In this document: positions 1 to 8,406 of the stretch, one piece after another
How the letters are laid out: each line of letters opens with the position of its first letter
Numbering within the stretch: position 1 is the first letter of the stretch
Assembly: GCA_003050645.1 (NCBI GenBank)
Contig: PEBX01000006.1
Coordinates: forward strand, 4,015-68,014
DNA length: 64,000 nucleotides
Reading direction: 5' to 3'
Source: Candidatus Carbonibacillus altaicus
Lineage (GTDB): Bacteria > Bacillota > Bacilli > Thermicanales > DSM-22653
Made by a program: the position numbers and the translations under genes
The notes under the pieces: generated by a model
Database searches by the model: none
The model's input: only the letters and a program-made list of their open reading frames with translations
What the model was told of the DNA's origin: nothing

Positions 1-350
1 CGGCGCGACTGATGGGGATTAGTGTGGATCGCACGATTTCCTGGACTTTTGCCCTTGGTTCTGCCCTTGCCGGTGCGGCCGGTGTCATCTTCGGCCTGTA
101 TTACACGCGCATCGATCCACTCATGGGGCTCATCCCGGGGCTTAAAGCGTTTATTGCGGCTGTTTTGGGCGGCATTGGCAGCATTCCCGGGGCCATGGTG
201 GGAGGGCTGTTGCTTGGACTCGTAGAGACGTTGGTCAGCGCTTTAGGATTTTCTCTGATGCGCGATGCAGTAGCTTTTATTATTCTTATCTTGATTCTGC
301 TTTTCTTGCCGACCGGTTTATTCGGTAAGAATGTGCGGGAGAAAGTGTAG
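1..350 (+). CDS. livH: Branched-chain amino acid ABC transporter permease, C-terminal part (5' end lies outside the window)
   Basis: The frame is open from the window edge. The hydrophobic Gly/Ala-rich sequence (IPGLKAFIAAVLGGIGSIPGAMVGG) is typical of LivH-type permeases. LivM/LivG/LivF-like genes follow directly. Confidence 0.8.
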   Translation, partial: ARLMGISVDRTISWTFALGSALAGAAGVIFGLYYTRIDPLMGLIPGLKAFIAAVLGGIGSIPGAMVGGLLLGLVETLVSALGFSLMRDAVAFIILILILLFLPTGLFGKNVREKV

Positions 351-362
351 GAGGCGCGACCT

Positions 363-1337
363 GTGGCACAAAAAAACAAGGCAGGCACAAAAAAACAAGG
401 CAAACGGCTGAATGTATGGTTGATCCTCGCACTGATACTTCTCTACGGACTCGTTCAGGCCGGGATTATGACCGGTATCATCGGTGGTTTCTATGAAAAC
501 GTTTTGATGAATATCGGTATTTATATCATCTTGACTGTGAGCCTGCATCTGATCATCGGTATTACGGGTCAATTTTCGATCGGGCATGCTGGTTTTTTAG
601 CGATCGGTGCCTACGTCTCGGCAATTGTCACGATGAAGCTGGATGGCCCTTTTTACTTGGCCGTTATCGCTGCCGGTCTGGCGGCCATTTTGGCAGGAAT
701 TCTCGTCGGGTTGCCGACGCTCCGATTGAAAGGGGATTATTTGGCGATTGCAACGCTTGGTTTTGGGGAGATTGTGCGCATCGTGCTCCTGAACATTCCT
801 TACGTCGGTGGCGCGTCAGGGATGCGGGTCAGTCACATGACGAACTGGACGATTCTTTTTGTGGCGGTCGTTGCCACCGTGTGGGTGATTTACAACCTCA
901 CCACCTCAGCTCATGGTCGGGCGCTTCTCGCGATCCGCGAGGATGAAGTGGCTGCTGAATCGATGGGTGTGCATCTTACGTATTATAAAGTTTTGGCTTT
1001 TGCCATCGGGGCATTTTTTGCAGGTATCGCCGGCGCGTTATATGCGCATAATTTCTATCAAATCAATCCCGGTAACTTTGGCTTTTTAAAGTCTTTTGAG
1101 ATTCTCGTTTTCGTCGTGTTAGGCGGGCTGGGCAGCTTAAGCGGAGCCGTCCTTTCAGCGACCTTCTTAAGCATTGTCAATACACTTTTGCAGAGCTTTC
1201 CCGATATCCGTATGATTCTCTACAGCTTAGTGCTCATTCTGGTGATGCTGTACAGACCGCAGGGGTTGATGGGAAATAAGGAAATCACGGATCTATGGCC
1301 GTTTACGAGGAGGGCGCGGGAGGTGGGTGAGCGGTGA
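363..1337 (+). CDS. livM: Branched-chain amino acid ABC transporter permease
   Basis: 324-aa polytopic membrane protein with LivM-like blocks (HAGFLAIGAYVSAIV, LRLKGDYLAIATLGFGEIVR). It sits between a livH-like and a livG-like gene, and its stop overlaps the next start by 4 nt. Confidence 0.85.
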   Translation: MAQKNKAGTKKQGKRLNVWLILALILLYGLVQAGIMTGIIGGFYENVLMNIGIYIILTVSLHLIIGITGQFSIGHAGFLAIGAYVSAIVTMKLDGPFYLAVIAAGLAAILAGILVGLPTLRLKGDYLAIATLGFGEIVRIVLLNIPYVGGASGMRVSHMTNWTILFVAVVATVWVIYNLTTSAHGRALLAIREDEVAAESMGVHLTYYKVLAFAIGAFFAGIAGALYAHNFYQINPGNFGFLKSFEILVFVVLGGLGSLSGAVLSATFLSIVNTLLQSFPDIRMILYSLVLILVMLYRPQGLMGNKEITDLWPFTRRAREVGER

Positions 1338-2116
1338 GCCGGATTTTAGAGACGAAAGATTTATCGATCGCTTTTGGCGGTCTGAAAGCGGTGCAAAATG
1401 TCAATTTATTTCTGGATCAGGGCGAGCTCGTCGCACTCATCGGTCCAAACGGTGCCGGAAAAACGACCGTCTTTAATATGCTAACCGGCGTGTATGCTCC
1501 CACGAGCGGCGAGATTATCTTTGACGGAAAGCGTATTGATGGCACAGCACCGCATCGTTTAACCCGCCTGGGAATCGCCCGCACTTTCCAGAATATCCGC
1601 CTGTTTCACGAACTAACAGTCCTCGATAACGTCCGCGTGGCGTATCAGGTGAACACGCATCACACGTTCATTGATTCGATTTTTCGGCTTCCGCGTTTCT
1701 GGCAGGAAGAAGGGCGCATGCGCGAAGAATCGCTTGCTTTGCTGGAGACGATGGGTCTTAAGCAGTATGCCGGGGAAAAGGCGCGGAATCTCCCCTACGG
1801 CGCGCAACGCCGCCTTGAAATCGCCCGGGCACTTGCCACCCGTCCTAAACTTCTTTTATTAGACGAACCGGCAGCTGGGATGAACCCGCAGGAGACACGC
1901 GAGCTTATGCAAACGATCGAACACGTGAGAAAGACGTTTGGTCTGACCGTCCTTTTAATTGAGCACGACATGTCCCTGGTTATGGGGATCAGCGAACGCA
2001 TATATGTCCTCGACCACGGTCAGCTCATTGCCACTGGTTCCCCTGCTGAGGTGCGGACGAATCCGCGGGTTATTGAGGCGTATCTGGGGGAGGTGGCAAA
2101 AGATGCTCTCGCTTAA
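1334..2116 (+). CDS. livG: Branched-chain amino acid ABC transporter ATP-binding protein
   Basis: Walker A GPNGAGKTT, Walker B LLLLDEPAAGMN, and a LivG-type C-terminal tail (NPRVIEAYLG). Confidence 0.9.
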   Translation: MSRILETKDLSIAFGGLKAVQNVNLFLDQGELVALIGPNGAGKTTVFNMLTGVYAPTSGEIIFDGKRIDGTAPHRLTRLGIARTFQNIRLFHELTVLDNVRVAYQVNTHHTFIDSIFRLPRFWQEEGRMREESLALLETMGLKQYAGEKARNLPYGAQRRLEIARALATRPKLLLLDEPAAGMNPQETRELMQTIEHVRKTFGLTVLLIEHDMSLVMGISERIYVLDHGQLIATGSPAEVRTNPRVIEAYLGEVAKDALA

Positions 2117-2807
2117 GTCGACCCACGTTTTTTATGGGAAAATTCATGCCTTAAAAGGGGTCAGTCTGGACGTTCAAAAAGGAGAGATCGTAACGCTGAT
2201 CGGTTCCAACGGTGCTGGGAAGACAAGTCTCCTTCGGACGATCTCCGGGCTTGTGAGACCGCGGGAAGGGGAACTGCTCTACGAAGGTTCGGCGTTAAAT
2301 CGGATTCCGGCAGAAAAAATCGTCTCTCTGGGGATCTCGCATGTTCCGGAAGGACGGCGCATCTTTGCCAACTTGAGCGTACGTGAAAATCTGGAGATGG
2401 GCGCCTATTTACGCAAAGACAAAGACGGCATCCAGAGTGATATGGAACGCGTTTTTACGCTTTTTCCGCGCCTCAAAGAGCGTATCCGTCAGCAGGCTGG
2501 GACGCTCTCGGGCGGGGAGCAGCAGATGCTAGCGATCGGTCGAGCGCTCATGGCTCGGCCAAAGCTTCTCCTTCTGGATGAGCCGTCGATGGGTCTCGCG
2601 CCTGTGCTGGTGCAGATGATTTTTGAGATCATTCAAGAGATCAATGCACAGGGGACGACCATTTTGATCGTCGAGCAAAACGCTTATATGGCGCTTAACA
2701 TTGCGCACCGGGCCTATGTGATCGAGACGGGGCGTATCGTTTTAAGTGGGACGGCTGAAGAACTTAAAGCAAGTGAAGAAGTAAAAAAAGCGTATCTCGG
2801 AGGCTAA
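2103..2807 (+). CDS. livF: Branched-chain amino acid ABC transporter ATP-binding protein
   Basis: Walker A GSNGAGKTS, signature LSGGEQQMLAIGRAL, Walker B LLLLDEPS. I chose the internal ATG at 2103 (MLSLKSTHVFYGK), which overlaps the livG stop. The 1959 ORF start would add a nonsensical extension lying inside livG. Confidence 0.9.
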   Translation: MLSLKSTHVFYGKIHALKGVSLDVQKGEIVTLIGSNGAGKTSLLRTISGLVRPREGELLYEGSALNRIPAEKIVSLGISHVPEGRRIFANLSVRENLEMGAYLRKDKDGIQSDMERVFTLFPRLKERIRQQAGTLSGGEQQMLAIGRALMARPKLLLLDEPSMGLAPVLVQMIFEIIQEINAQGTTILIVEQNAYMALNIAHRAYVIETGRIVLSGTAEELKASEEVKKAYLGG

Positions 2808-2834
2808 GATGTATACATGCCCCTGAAAACTGAA

Positions 2835-2870
2835 AGACTGGAAGGTGAGCAATTATCTCCAGTCTTTTTT
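2835..2870 (+). terminator. Rho-independent terminator after the liv operon
   Basis: Stem AGACTGGA (2835-2842) pairs with TCCAGTCT (2858-2865), followed by a TTTTT run (2866-2870). Confidence 0.7.
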
Positions 2871-2893
2871 GGTGGAATAGGGGTGGATGAACG

Positions 2894-3682
2894 GTGTTTA
2901 CTCTCGGTCGATGGGTCATGCGTCACATTTGGCGGTTTTTATTGATAGGGCTCGTTTTTATAGCAGGTTTCTGGCTAAGGGGTTCAGGTGTGGAAGGCGG
3001 GGAGGCGAGCGGGGGGAGCGTTCTTTGGAATGTGCTCCCGCCGTCTGCGAAAGAAAAGATGTACGAAGCGGTCCGCGATGGTGTACGCGATGCGCTCATC
3101 GCCGTTGCAGGGGAACTGAATTTTAGCAGTTTGAACGGTTCGTTGGAGAAAAATGCCTATGACCCGCTGTTAACGGACGGGGACCGGGAAAGCGTTCCAT
3201 ATGATAAAAATCGACCGCATGCGGAACGATCATATGAAGACATAACCGAAGACATAGCTGGGATGAGTGTTGATCACCTCGTACATGCAGAAGAGCCTAT
3301 GCCGCAAACAGATGGGACGTCTAGCGATGTCCTGCATCATGAACCTGGAGACAATGAATCGATGGTTTCGGTTCTGGAGACGATCAGCCAAACGATGACG
3401 CCTAAAGAAAAAGAGACGTTTCTGGTTTGGGCGAAAAAACATTTGACTGCAGACGATCTGATCGTCTTAAACGATCTCTTTGCCCAGGGTGTGACGACGG
3501 AGGCTTTAACGCGCGCTTATCAGAAGATGCAAGGCAAATGGTCGGATGAGGATTTTGCTTATCTGTTTTCGTTATTCGCACGATATGAAGCGGCACGTGC
3601 GATCGAACATCGCGATGGTGAAGAACAGACGATGCCTGTTTTTGGCTCCCAGCCTGCGAAAGAACAGAAAAAAGAACAATAA
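2894..3682 (+). CDS. Hypothetical protein with an N-terminal membrane anchor
   Basis: 262-aa ORF with a GTG start 6 nt after GGGTGGA. One N-terminal hydrophobic segment (IWRFLLIGLVFIAGFWL) is followed by an acidic soluble part. I recognised no family. Confidence 0.5.
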   Translation: MFTLGRWVMRHIWRFLLIGLVFIAGFWLRGSGVEGGEASGGSVLWNVLPPSAKEKMYEAVRDGVRDALIAVAGELNFSSLNGSLEKNAYDPLLTDGDRESVPYDKNRPHAERSYEDITEDIAGMSVDHLVHAEEPMPQTDGTSSDVLHHEPGDNESMVSVLETISQTMTPKEKETFLVWAKKHLTADDLIVLNDLFAQGVTTEALTRAYQKMQGKWSDEDFAYLFSLFARYEAARAIEHRDGEEQTMPVFGSQPAKEQKKEQ

Positions 3683-3803
3683 CAGGACTTGGTGGCGTTT
3701 TGCCACAGGCATGGAGAGACGGTCGGATGTTAAACTGACTACAGGAGCGACGATGATACGGTGGGCGAGGCGAACTGTTGCTCGGATTTTTTGAACAACT
3801 GTC

Positions 3804-3855
3804 GAATGAACACGTTGCATGAACACGTTGAATGAACACGTTGAATGAACATGTA
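3804..3855. repeat. Tandem repeat, 13-bp unit x4 (GAATGAACACGTT)
   Basis: Read directly: GAATGAACACGTT GCATGAACACGTT GAATGAACACGTT GAATGAACATGTA. Confidence 0.9.
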
Positions 3856-3863
3856 AAACAAAC

Positions 3864-3899
3864 TGTAGAAGAAACTATTGAAGAAATTGTAATAGAAAC
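3864..3899. repeat. Tandem repeat, 12-bp unit x3 (TGTAGAAGAAAC-like)
   Basis: Read directly: TGTAGAAGAAAC TATTGAAGAAAT TGTAATAGAAAC. Confidence 0.8.
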
Positions 3900-4058
3900 G
3901 ATACCGCTCTTGATGCGAATGGCAAAACGCTGTGGAACTGGGTAGCACGTTGCAATGGGTATGCCCCTTTAGTAGACGTGCTTTCATTTTGTTTGTATGC
4001 ATGGTACGATCGGAGTATGATGTGGGAGCGCAGTGCGATTTAGGCGCGGCGGATTGCG

Positions 4059-4098
4059 TTTAGAATACGGTATGTGAGAAAGTCAATCGTATTCTAAA
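4059..4098. promoter_or_regulatory. Perfect 11-bp inverted repeat (TTTAGAATACG-N18-CGTATTCTAAA) just upstream of rnhA
   Basis: Arms at 4059-4069 and 4088-4098 are exact reverse complements. The site lies about 50 nt upstream of the preferred rnhA start. Its function (operator or RNA hairpin) is unknown. Confidence 0.4.
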
Positions 4099-4149
4099 GT
4101 GTGTTACAAGGTGTTCAAAGAAGTATTAAGAACGAAAGGAGAATCGTTT

Positions 4150-4665
4150 TTGACAGAGGGAAGGGAGCAGGCCGTAGAAGCAGAAACAGCAGCAGCAGGC
4201 GCAACATTAACCACAGAAGGAGCAGAAGAAGAAGTCGTCCTGTACACAGACGGTGCCTGTTCGGGCAATCCTGGTCCGGGGGGGTGGGCGGCCATCTTGC
4301 GCTACAAAGGCCGGGAAAAAGTATTAACCGGTGCAGAAGAGCAAACGACGAACAACCGCATGGAACTCATGGCCGTCTGGCAGGGGCTTCAATCGTTGAA
4401 ACGCCCGGCAAAAGTACGCGTCTACAGCGATTCGGCTTATGTGGTGAATGCCTTCGAGCAAGGATGGATCGAGCGCTGGCAGCAAAATGGCTGGCGTACG
4501 GCACGGGGGACGGATGTTGAAAACCGTGATCTGTGGGAAGCGATTTTAGAAGAATGGAAGCGCCATGAGGTGACTTTCATCAAGGTGCGCGGACATGCCG
4601 ATGATGATCTGAACAATCGTGCTGACGTGTTGGCTGTTACGGCGATGAAGCGGGTCAAATCATGA
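4150..4665 (+). CDS. rnhA: Ribonuclease HI
   Basis: RNase H type-1 blocks: TDGACSGNPGPGGWAAIL, NNRMEL, YSDSAYV, GHADDDLNNRADVLA. I prefer the in-frame TTG at 4150, which lies 9 nt after AAAGGAG. The maximal ORF starts at 4099. Confidence 0.85.
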   Translation: MTEGREQAVEAETAAAGATLTTEGAEEEVVLYTDGACSGNPGPGGWAAILRYKGREKVLTGAEEQTTNNRMELMAVWQGLQSLKRPAKVRVYSDSAYVVNAFEQGWIERWQQNGWRTARGTDVENRDLWEAILEEWKRHEVTFIKVRGHADDDLNNRADVLAVTAMKRVKS

Positions 4666-5906
4666 TCGTACATCAAAATCCGGATGGTACACTATCAACA
4701 AAAAATGATACGATAAAAAAAGATATTGTCCCTTTCATACGCGAGGACGATGAACCGGAGGTTTATGCGCTTAAACTTAAAGGAGAAATGAAGGGTGCCG
4801 CGCGCTCTTTTGGACTCGATGCAGTCGGCGTGACGACCGCTGATCCGTTTTATGAGCTGGAGCCTAAGCTCAAGGCATATTATGAAAAAGGCTATGATAC
4901 GGGTTTTGAAAAAGGGACGATTGCCGAGAAGGTCGATCCGCGCGCGACGATGCCATGGGCCAAATCCATTATCGCTGTGGCGATGGCTTATCCGACCCGT
5001 CTGGATCGAGCGCCTCGTTCCGAACAAGGTGCGTATCGTGGCTTTGTGGCCCGTTCGGCCTGGGGAGACGACTATCACGTAGTGCTGCGCGAACGGCTTT
5101 TGCTTCTCGCGGGTTGGCTCAAAGACCGCGTTCCGGATGTGCGTTATGAAGTGATGGTGGATACTGGCGTGCTTTCCGACCGGGCTGTGGCCGAACGCGC
5201 CGGTATCGGCTGGATCGGCAAAAACGGTCTTCTCATCACGCCAGAGTACGGCTCATTTGTTTATTTAGGCGAACTCGTAGTTAGTGTAACCCTCCCGCCT
5301 GACCAGCCGATGGTGGAGCAATGCGGAAGCTGTCGAAAGTGCCTCGATCTATGTCCTACGCAAGCCTTTGAGGCGCCGGGTGTGCTAAACGGCAAGCGTT
5401 GTCTTTCCTATCATACGCAGACCAAAGGGTTCGTGCCGTTTTATTTTCGAGAAAAAATGGGGAACCGTCTGTACGGTTGCGATACTTGCCAGCTCGTTTG
5501 CCCGTATAACCGAGGGCAAAACTGGACGCACCACGAACGGTTTCGTCCCGATCCAGAGCTCGTCAAACCGCTCCTCATGCCGCTTGTCGGGATGAGCAAA
5601 AAAACTTTTCAAAACACTTGGGCCAAAAGTGCTGCTGGATGGCGGGGGAAGAAAACGATTGAGCGAAATGCCATTATCGCCCTTGGGCATTATCGATCAA
5701 AGGAAGCAACAGCGCTCCTTACAGATCGCATGTTGCATGACCCGCGTCCGGTCATCCGGGGCACAGCAGCCTGGGCGCTGGGGAAAATTGGTGGAGAGGA
5801 AGTACGCGTGGCTTTAGAAAAAGCCCGGGAGACGGAACGTGACGCGGACGTGCTGGAAGAAATTGAACATGCGCTTTTGATATGTAACAATCAGCGTGAT
5901 TTTTGA
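4662..5906 (+). CDS. queG: Epoxyqueuosine reductase
   Basis: Two 4Fe-4S ferredoxin motifs (CGSCRKCLDLCP and CDTCQLVCPYN) and a C-terminal HEAT-like region (DPRPVIRGTAAWALGKIG), matching the QueG architecture. The ATG overlaps the rnhA stop (ATGA). Confidence 0.85.
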   Translation: MIVHQNPDGTLSTKNDTIKKDIVPFIREDDEPEVYALKLKGEMKGAARSFGLDAVGVTTADPFYELEPKLKAYYEKGYDTGFEKGTIAEKVDPRATMPWAKSIIAVAMAYPTRLDRAPRSEQGAYRGFVARSAWGDDYHVVLRERLLLLAGWLKDRVPDVRYEVMVDTGVLSDRAVAERAGIGWIGKNGLLITPEYGSFVYLGELVVSVTLPPDQPMVEQCGSCRKCLDLCPTQAFEAPGVLNGKRCLSYHTQTKGFVPFYFREKMGNRLYGCDTCQLVCPYNRGQNWTHHERFRPDPELVKPLLMPLVGMSKKTFQNTWAKSAAGWRGKKTIERNAIIALGHYRSKEATALLTDRMLHDPRPVIRGTAAWALGKIGGEEVRVALEKARETERDADVLEEIEHALLICNNQRDF

Positions 5907-5943
5907 TACAATGTCATTAACTAAGCTAAAGCAAACTTTGACC

Positions 5944-6012
5944 GAACCACCATCGAACCACATATTGAACCACCATCGAACCACATATTGAACCACCATC
6001 GAACCACATATT
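5944..6012. repeat. Tandem repeat, 23-bp unit x3, perfect (GAACCACCATCGAACCACATATT)
   Basis: Three identical head-to-tail copies at 5944-5966, 5967-5989 and 5990-6012, in the queG-ogt spacer. Confidence 0.95.
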
Positions 6013-6136
6013 GATCCACAACCGCACCGCATAACTGAACGATGATCTGAGCTTTGAAACGATGGCATGACCATATGTGTGCTGCTTACCTGGTTCGCAC
6101 TGTACCCCGCCATTATAAATAAGGGGAGACATGACG

Positions 6137-6664
6137 ATGAAAGCGATTCGGTATGCTGAACTATCTACACCTATTGGAGGGATGATCTGGGCTGCTTCGG
6201 AAGAAGGTCTCATCTATGCTGAGTTTGGAGAAGGTCCACGCGGTCTTTTGGAACTGGAACGGTGGCTGAATAAAAAAATCGGACGTTTTTCATTGGAGCA
6301 GGCTACAGCGGAAGAAGTACATGCCTGGCAGACATGGTTGGATCGTTATTTTGCCGGTGACCCAAAGCCTTATACCGGGGCGCTTAAGCTTTATGGGACG
6401 CCGTTTCAGTTGAAGGTGTGGCAGGAACTGATGTACATCCCGTACGGGGAGACGGTGACATATAAAACGATTGCCACCGCTCTCGGAGCACCGCAGGCCG
6501 TGCGTGCGGTGGGTCAGGCTGTGCATGCCAATCCTCTTTCACTCATCATTCCTTGCCATCGCGTCATCGGTTCCAGCGGCGACCTCGTCGGATATGGCGG
6601 AGGAATTGAACGCAAAAAGTATTTGCTGGACCATGAACACAAATCGCGATTTTCTCATACGTGA
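6137..6664 (+). CDS. ogt: Methylated-DNA--protein-cysteine methyltransferase
   Basis: Active-site motif IPCHRVIGSSG and the upstream TYKTIA...AVGQAVHANP block. The ATG at 6137 lies 8 nt after GGGGAG. The ATG at 6131 is too close to the RBS. Confidence 0.85.
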   Translation: MKAIRYAELSTPIGGMIWAASEEGLIYAEFGEGPRGLLELERWLNKKIGRFSLEQATAEEVHAWQTWLDRYFAGDPKPYTGALKLYGTPFQLKVWQELMYIPYGETVTYKTIATALGAPQAVRAVGQAVHANPLSLIIPCHRVIGSSGDLVGYGGGIERKKYLLDHEHKSRFSHT

Positions 6665-6760
6665 TTTCTAGGTTAGTGGATGTTCTGTCATTTTTCTTTG
6701 TGAAATGACAAACCAAAAGCAGCGATTGGTTGCAGCTGGATGTGGAGGGTTTATCGTTTC

Positions 6761-7315
6761 ATGAGCACGTCATCTACGTCATCGACCGTACCATCAAACA
6801 CGTCCATGTTATTGAACGCCTCATCAAACATATCGCCGAACACATCATCTTTAGATATCCATGTCGTCTTGGTCGAACCGGAAATACCGAGCAATACCGG
6901 CAATATTGCCCGTACGTGTGCGGCTCTTGGGGCGACGCTCCATCTCGTGCATCCGCTTGGATTTTCTTTAGAAGATCGCTATTTAAAGAGGGCCGGTCTA
7001 GATTACTGGCCGCTCGTTCAGGTAGTCGAGCATCCATCCTGGACAAGCGTAGAAAAGACGCTTTCCGGTCGGCGTTTTTTTTATTTAACGACGAAGGCAA
7101 AGCGTTATTACCACGAGTACACCTACCAAGCGGGCGATGTGTTCGTCTTTGGCAAAGAAACCAAAGGTCTGCCGGAAGAACTTTTAAAGGCGCATCCCGA
7201 GTCACTCGCCCGGCTGCCGATGCGCCCCAATAGTCGCTCGCTCAATTTGTCCAATTCGGTGGCCATCGTTTTGTACGAAGCGTACCGTCAGCTCGGTTTC
7301 CCGGATTTGCTCTAA
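6761..7315 (+). CDS. trmL: tRNA (cytidine/uridine-2'-O-)-methyltransferase TrmL (SpoU/TrmH family)
   Basis: VVLVEPEIPSNTGNIARTCAALGATLHLVHPLGF and RAGLDYW blocks match TrmL/CspR. The start is uncertain (6761, 6806 or 6740). The first ~30 codons are Ser/Thr-rich and lie in repetitive DNA. Confidence 0.8.
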   Translation: MSTSSTSSTVPSNTSMLLNASSNISPNTSSLDIHVVLVEPEIPSNTGNIARTCAALGATLHLVHPLGFSLEDRYLKRAGLDYWPLVQVVEHPSWTSVEKTLSGRRFFYLTTKAKRYYHEYTYQAGDVFVFGKETKGLPEELLKAHPESLARLPMRPNSRSLNLSNSVAIVLYEAYRQLGFPDLL

Positions 7316-7334
7316 GCAAATAATAAATGATCTA

Positions 7335-7466
7335 GGATAGACTTTCCATGCCGCATTGAGGCGCCATCCGTTGATGAAGCGTCACATCCTATTTCAGGAT
7401 AGATCCCCATGCCGCCGGAGCGGCACCAGCAGAAGAATGAAATGCCGCAACCTATGTCAGTGTAGT
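7335..7466 (+). repeat. Unclassified ~65-nt element, locus 1: two tandem units (7335-7396 degenerate, 7397-7459 well conserved)
   Basis: The blocks CCCCATGCCGC, GCACCA and GCAACCTAT are shared with the reverse complements of 25785-25857 and 45186-45254. The locus lies in the 5' region of the MTAP-family gene. Confidence 0.75.
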
Positions 7467-7530
7467 ACGAAAGCGCTTCATCATCCGAGAGAGCTAAATA
7501 GCACGCGATAGCGTAAAGGTGGGAGCAAAC

Positions 7531-8406
7531 ATGACAGAAACGTTAGGAGCTACAATACCAGCTGCTCATTATGCGATTATTGGTGGATCAAGTACGTTTT
7601 CGATCGAGTTTCCGGAAGATTTGGCGCGTGAAGACACACGCGTTCTGGCGCGCGACCTTGTGTTTGAGACGCCATTTGGCGAAAGCCCGGCCTTTAAACT
7701 AGTCGAAACGGCAGGAAAAAAGTGGCTTACCACAAAAATGCACGGATGGCGCCCGCCGCATGTTAGCCGGGCCGATGCATCTCGGCAACTTTTTTGGGTT
7801 CTTAAGAAAGCTGGCGTGCTACGCATTTATGTCGAGGGGGGAGTCGGTAGCATCAACCGGCTCTTAGAACTGCGCGACTTGATCATCGTCGATGATTATA
7901 TTGATCACTCCATGCGTCAGGATGTCGGGCTCGGTGATCCTTATCTCATGGTCATGCGCGATCCGATCTGTCCGACCGGTCGGGACATCCTGGCCCGTGT
8001 TGCTCGTAAATATGTAGCTGGTACTGGAAGAAATGTTTTTACCCGCGGCGTGTATGTGAACACGGATGGGCGGCATTTTGAAAGCCGTGCCGAAATCCAG
8101 GCCTTCCGTCAGTGGGGAGCCGATGTCGTGGGTCAAAGTATTGCCCCGGAAGTCTACCTGGCTCGTGAAATTGGGGCTTGTTACACTGGGCTATACATGG
8201 TCGTCAATTTTGCCGAAGGCGTTATCCGAGACTGGGAGCATCGTGAACTCGCCGAGATATTTTATGATGAACCGAAGACGATCGGTCATATTTTGCTCGA
8301 TGCGCTCATCGAGACGCCACGTGAAGCGATCGGCTGCAGCTGTCGCACGCTCCGTAAAGAAACACTTCTGCAGGAAAAGAAAGAGGATAAGAAAGACAAG
8401 AGGTAA
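7531..8406 (+). CDS. MTAP-family purine nucleoside / 5'-methylthioadenosine phosphorylase-like protein
   Basis: The PNP/MTAP-like block WGADVVGQSIAPEVYLAREIG and overall length fit the family. The ATG at 7531 lies 6-8 nt after AAAGGTGGGAG. The C-terminal tail KKEDKKDKR and the stop codon lie inside a 16-bp tandem array. Confidence 0.7.
   Translation: MTETLGATIPAAHYAIIGGSSTFSIEFPEDLAREDTRVLARDLVFETPFGESPAFKLVETAGKKWLTTKMHGWRPPHVSRADASRQLFWVLKKAGVLRIYVEGGVGSINRLLELRDLIIVDDYIDHSMRQDVGLGDPYLMVMRDPICPTGRDILARVARKYVAGTGRNVFTRGVYVNTDGRHFESRAEIQAFRQWGADVVGQSIAPEVYLAREIGACYTGLYMVVNFAEGVIRDWEHRELAEIFYDEPKTIGHILLDALIETPREAIGCSCRTLRKETLLQEKKEDKKDKR

Noticed and set aside
3799-3805. Exact Spo0A-box heptamer TGTCGAA next to the 13-bp array
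   Set aside because: A single 7-mer is expected by chance several times in 64 kb on two strands, and it has no supporting context.
6730-7233. 167-aa ORF in an alternative frame to trmL
   Set aside because: It overlaps the TrmL frame, which carries the SpoU-family motifs. Its own translation is Arg/Ser-rich with no recognisable motif.
7335-7500. SAM-I (S-box) or ykkC-type riboswitch upstream of the MTAP-like gene
   Set aside because: Only short fragments resemble them (CTAGGATAG versus CTAGGGTTC, CATCCGAGAGAG versus GGTCCGAGAG, CACCAGCAG versus the S-box CCAGCAG). The defining blocks (GGGA/ACGR regions of ykkC, and the AGAGGGNGGAGGGA / GCCC...GCAACC blocks of the S-box) are absent. The same core also occurs upstream of unrelated genes.
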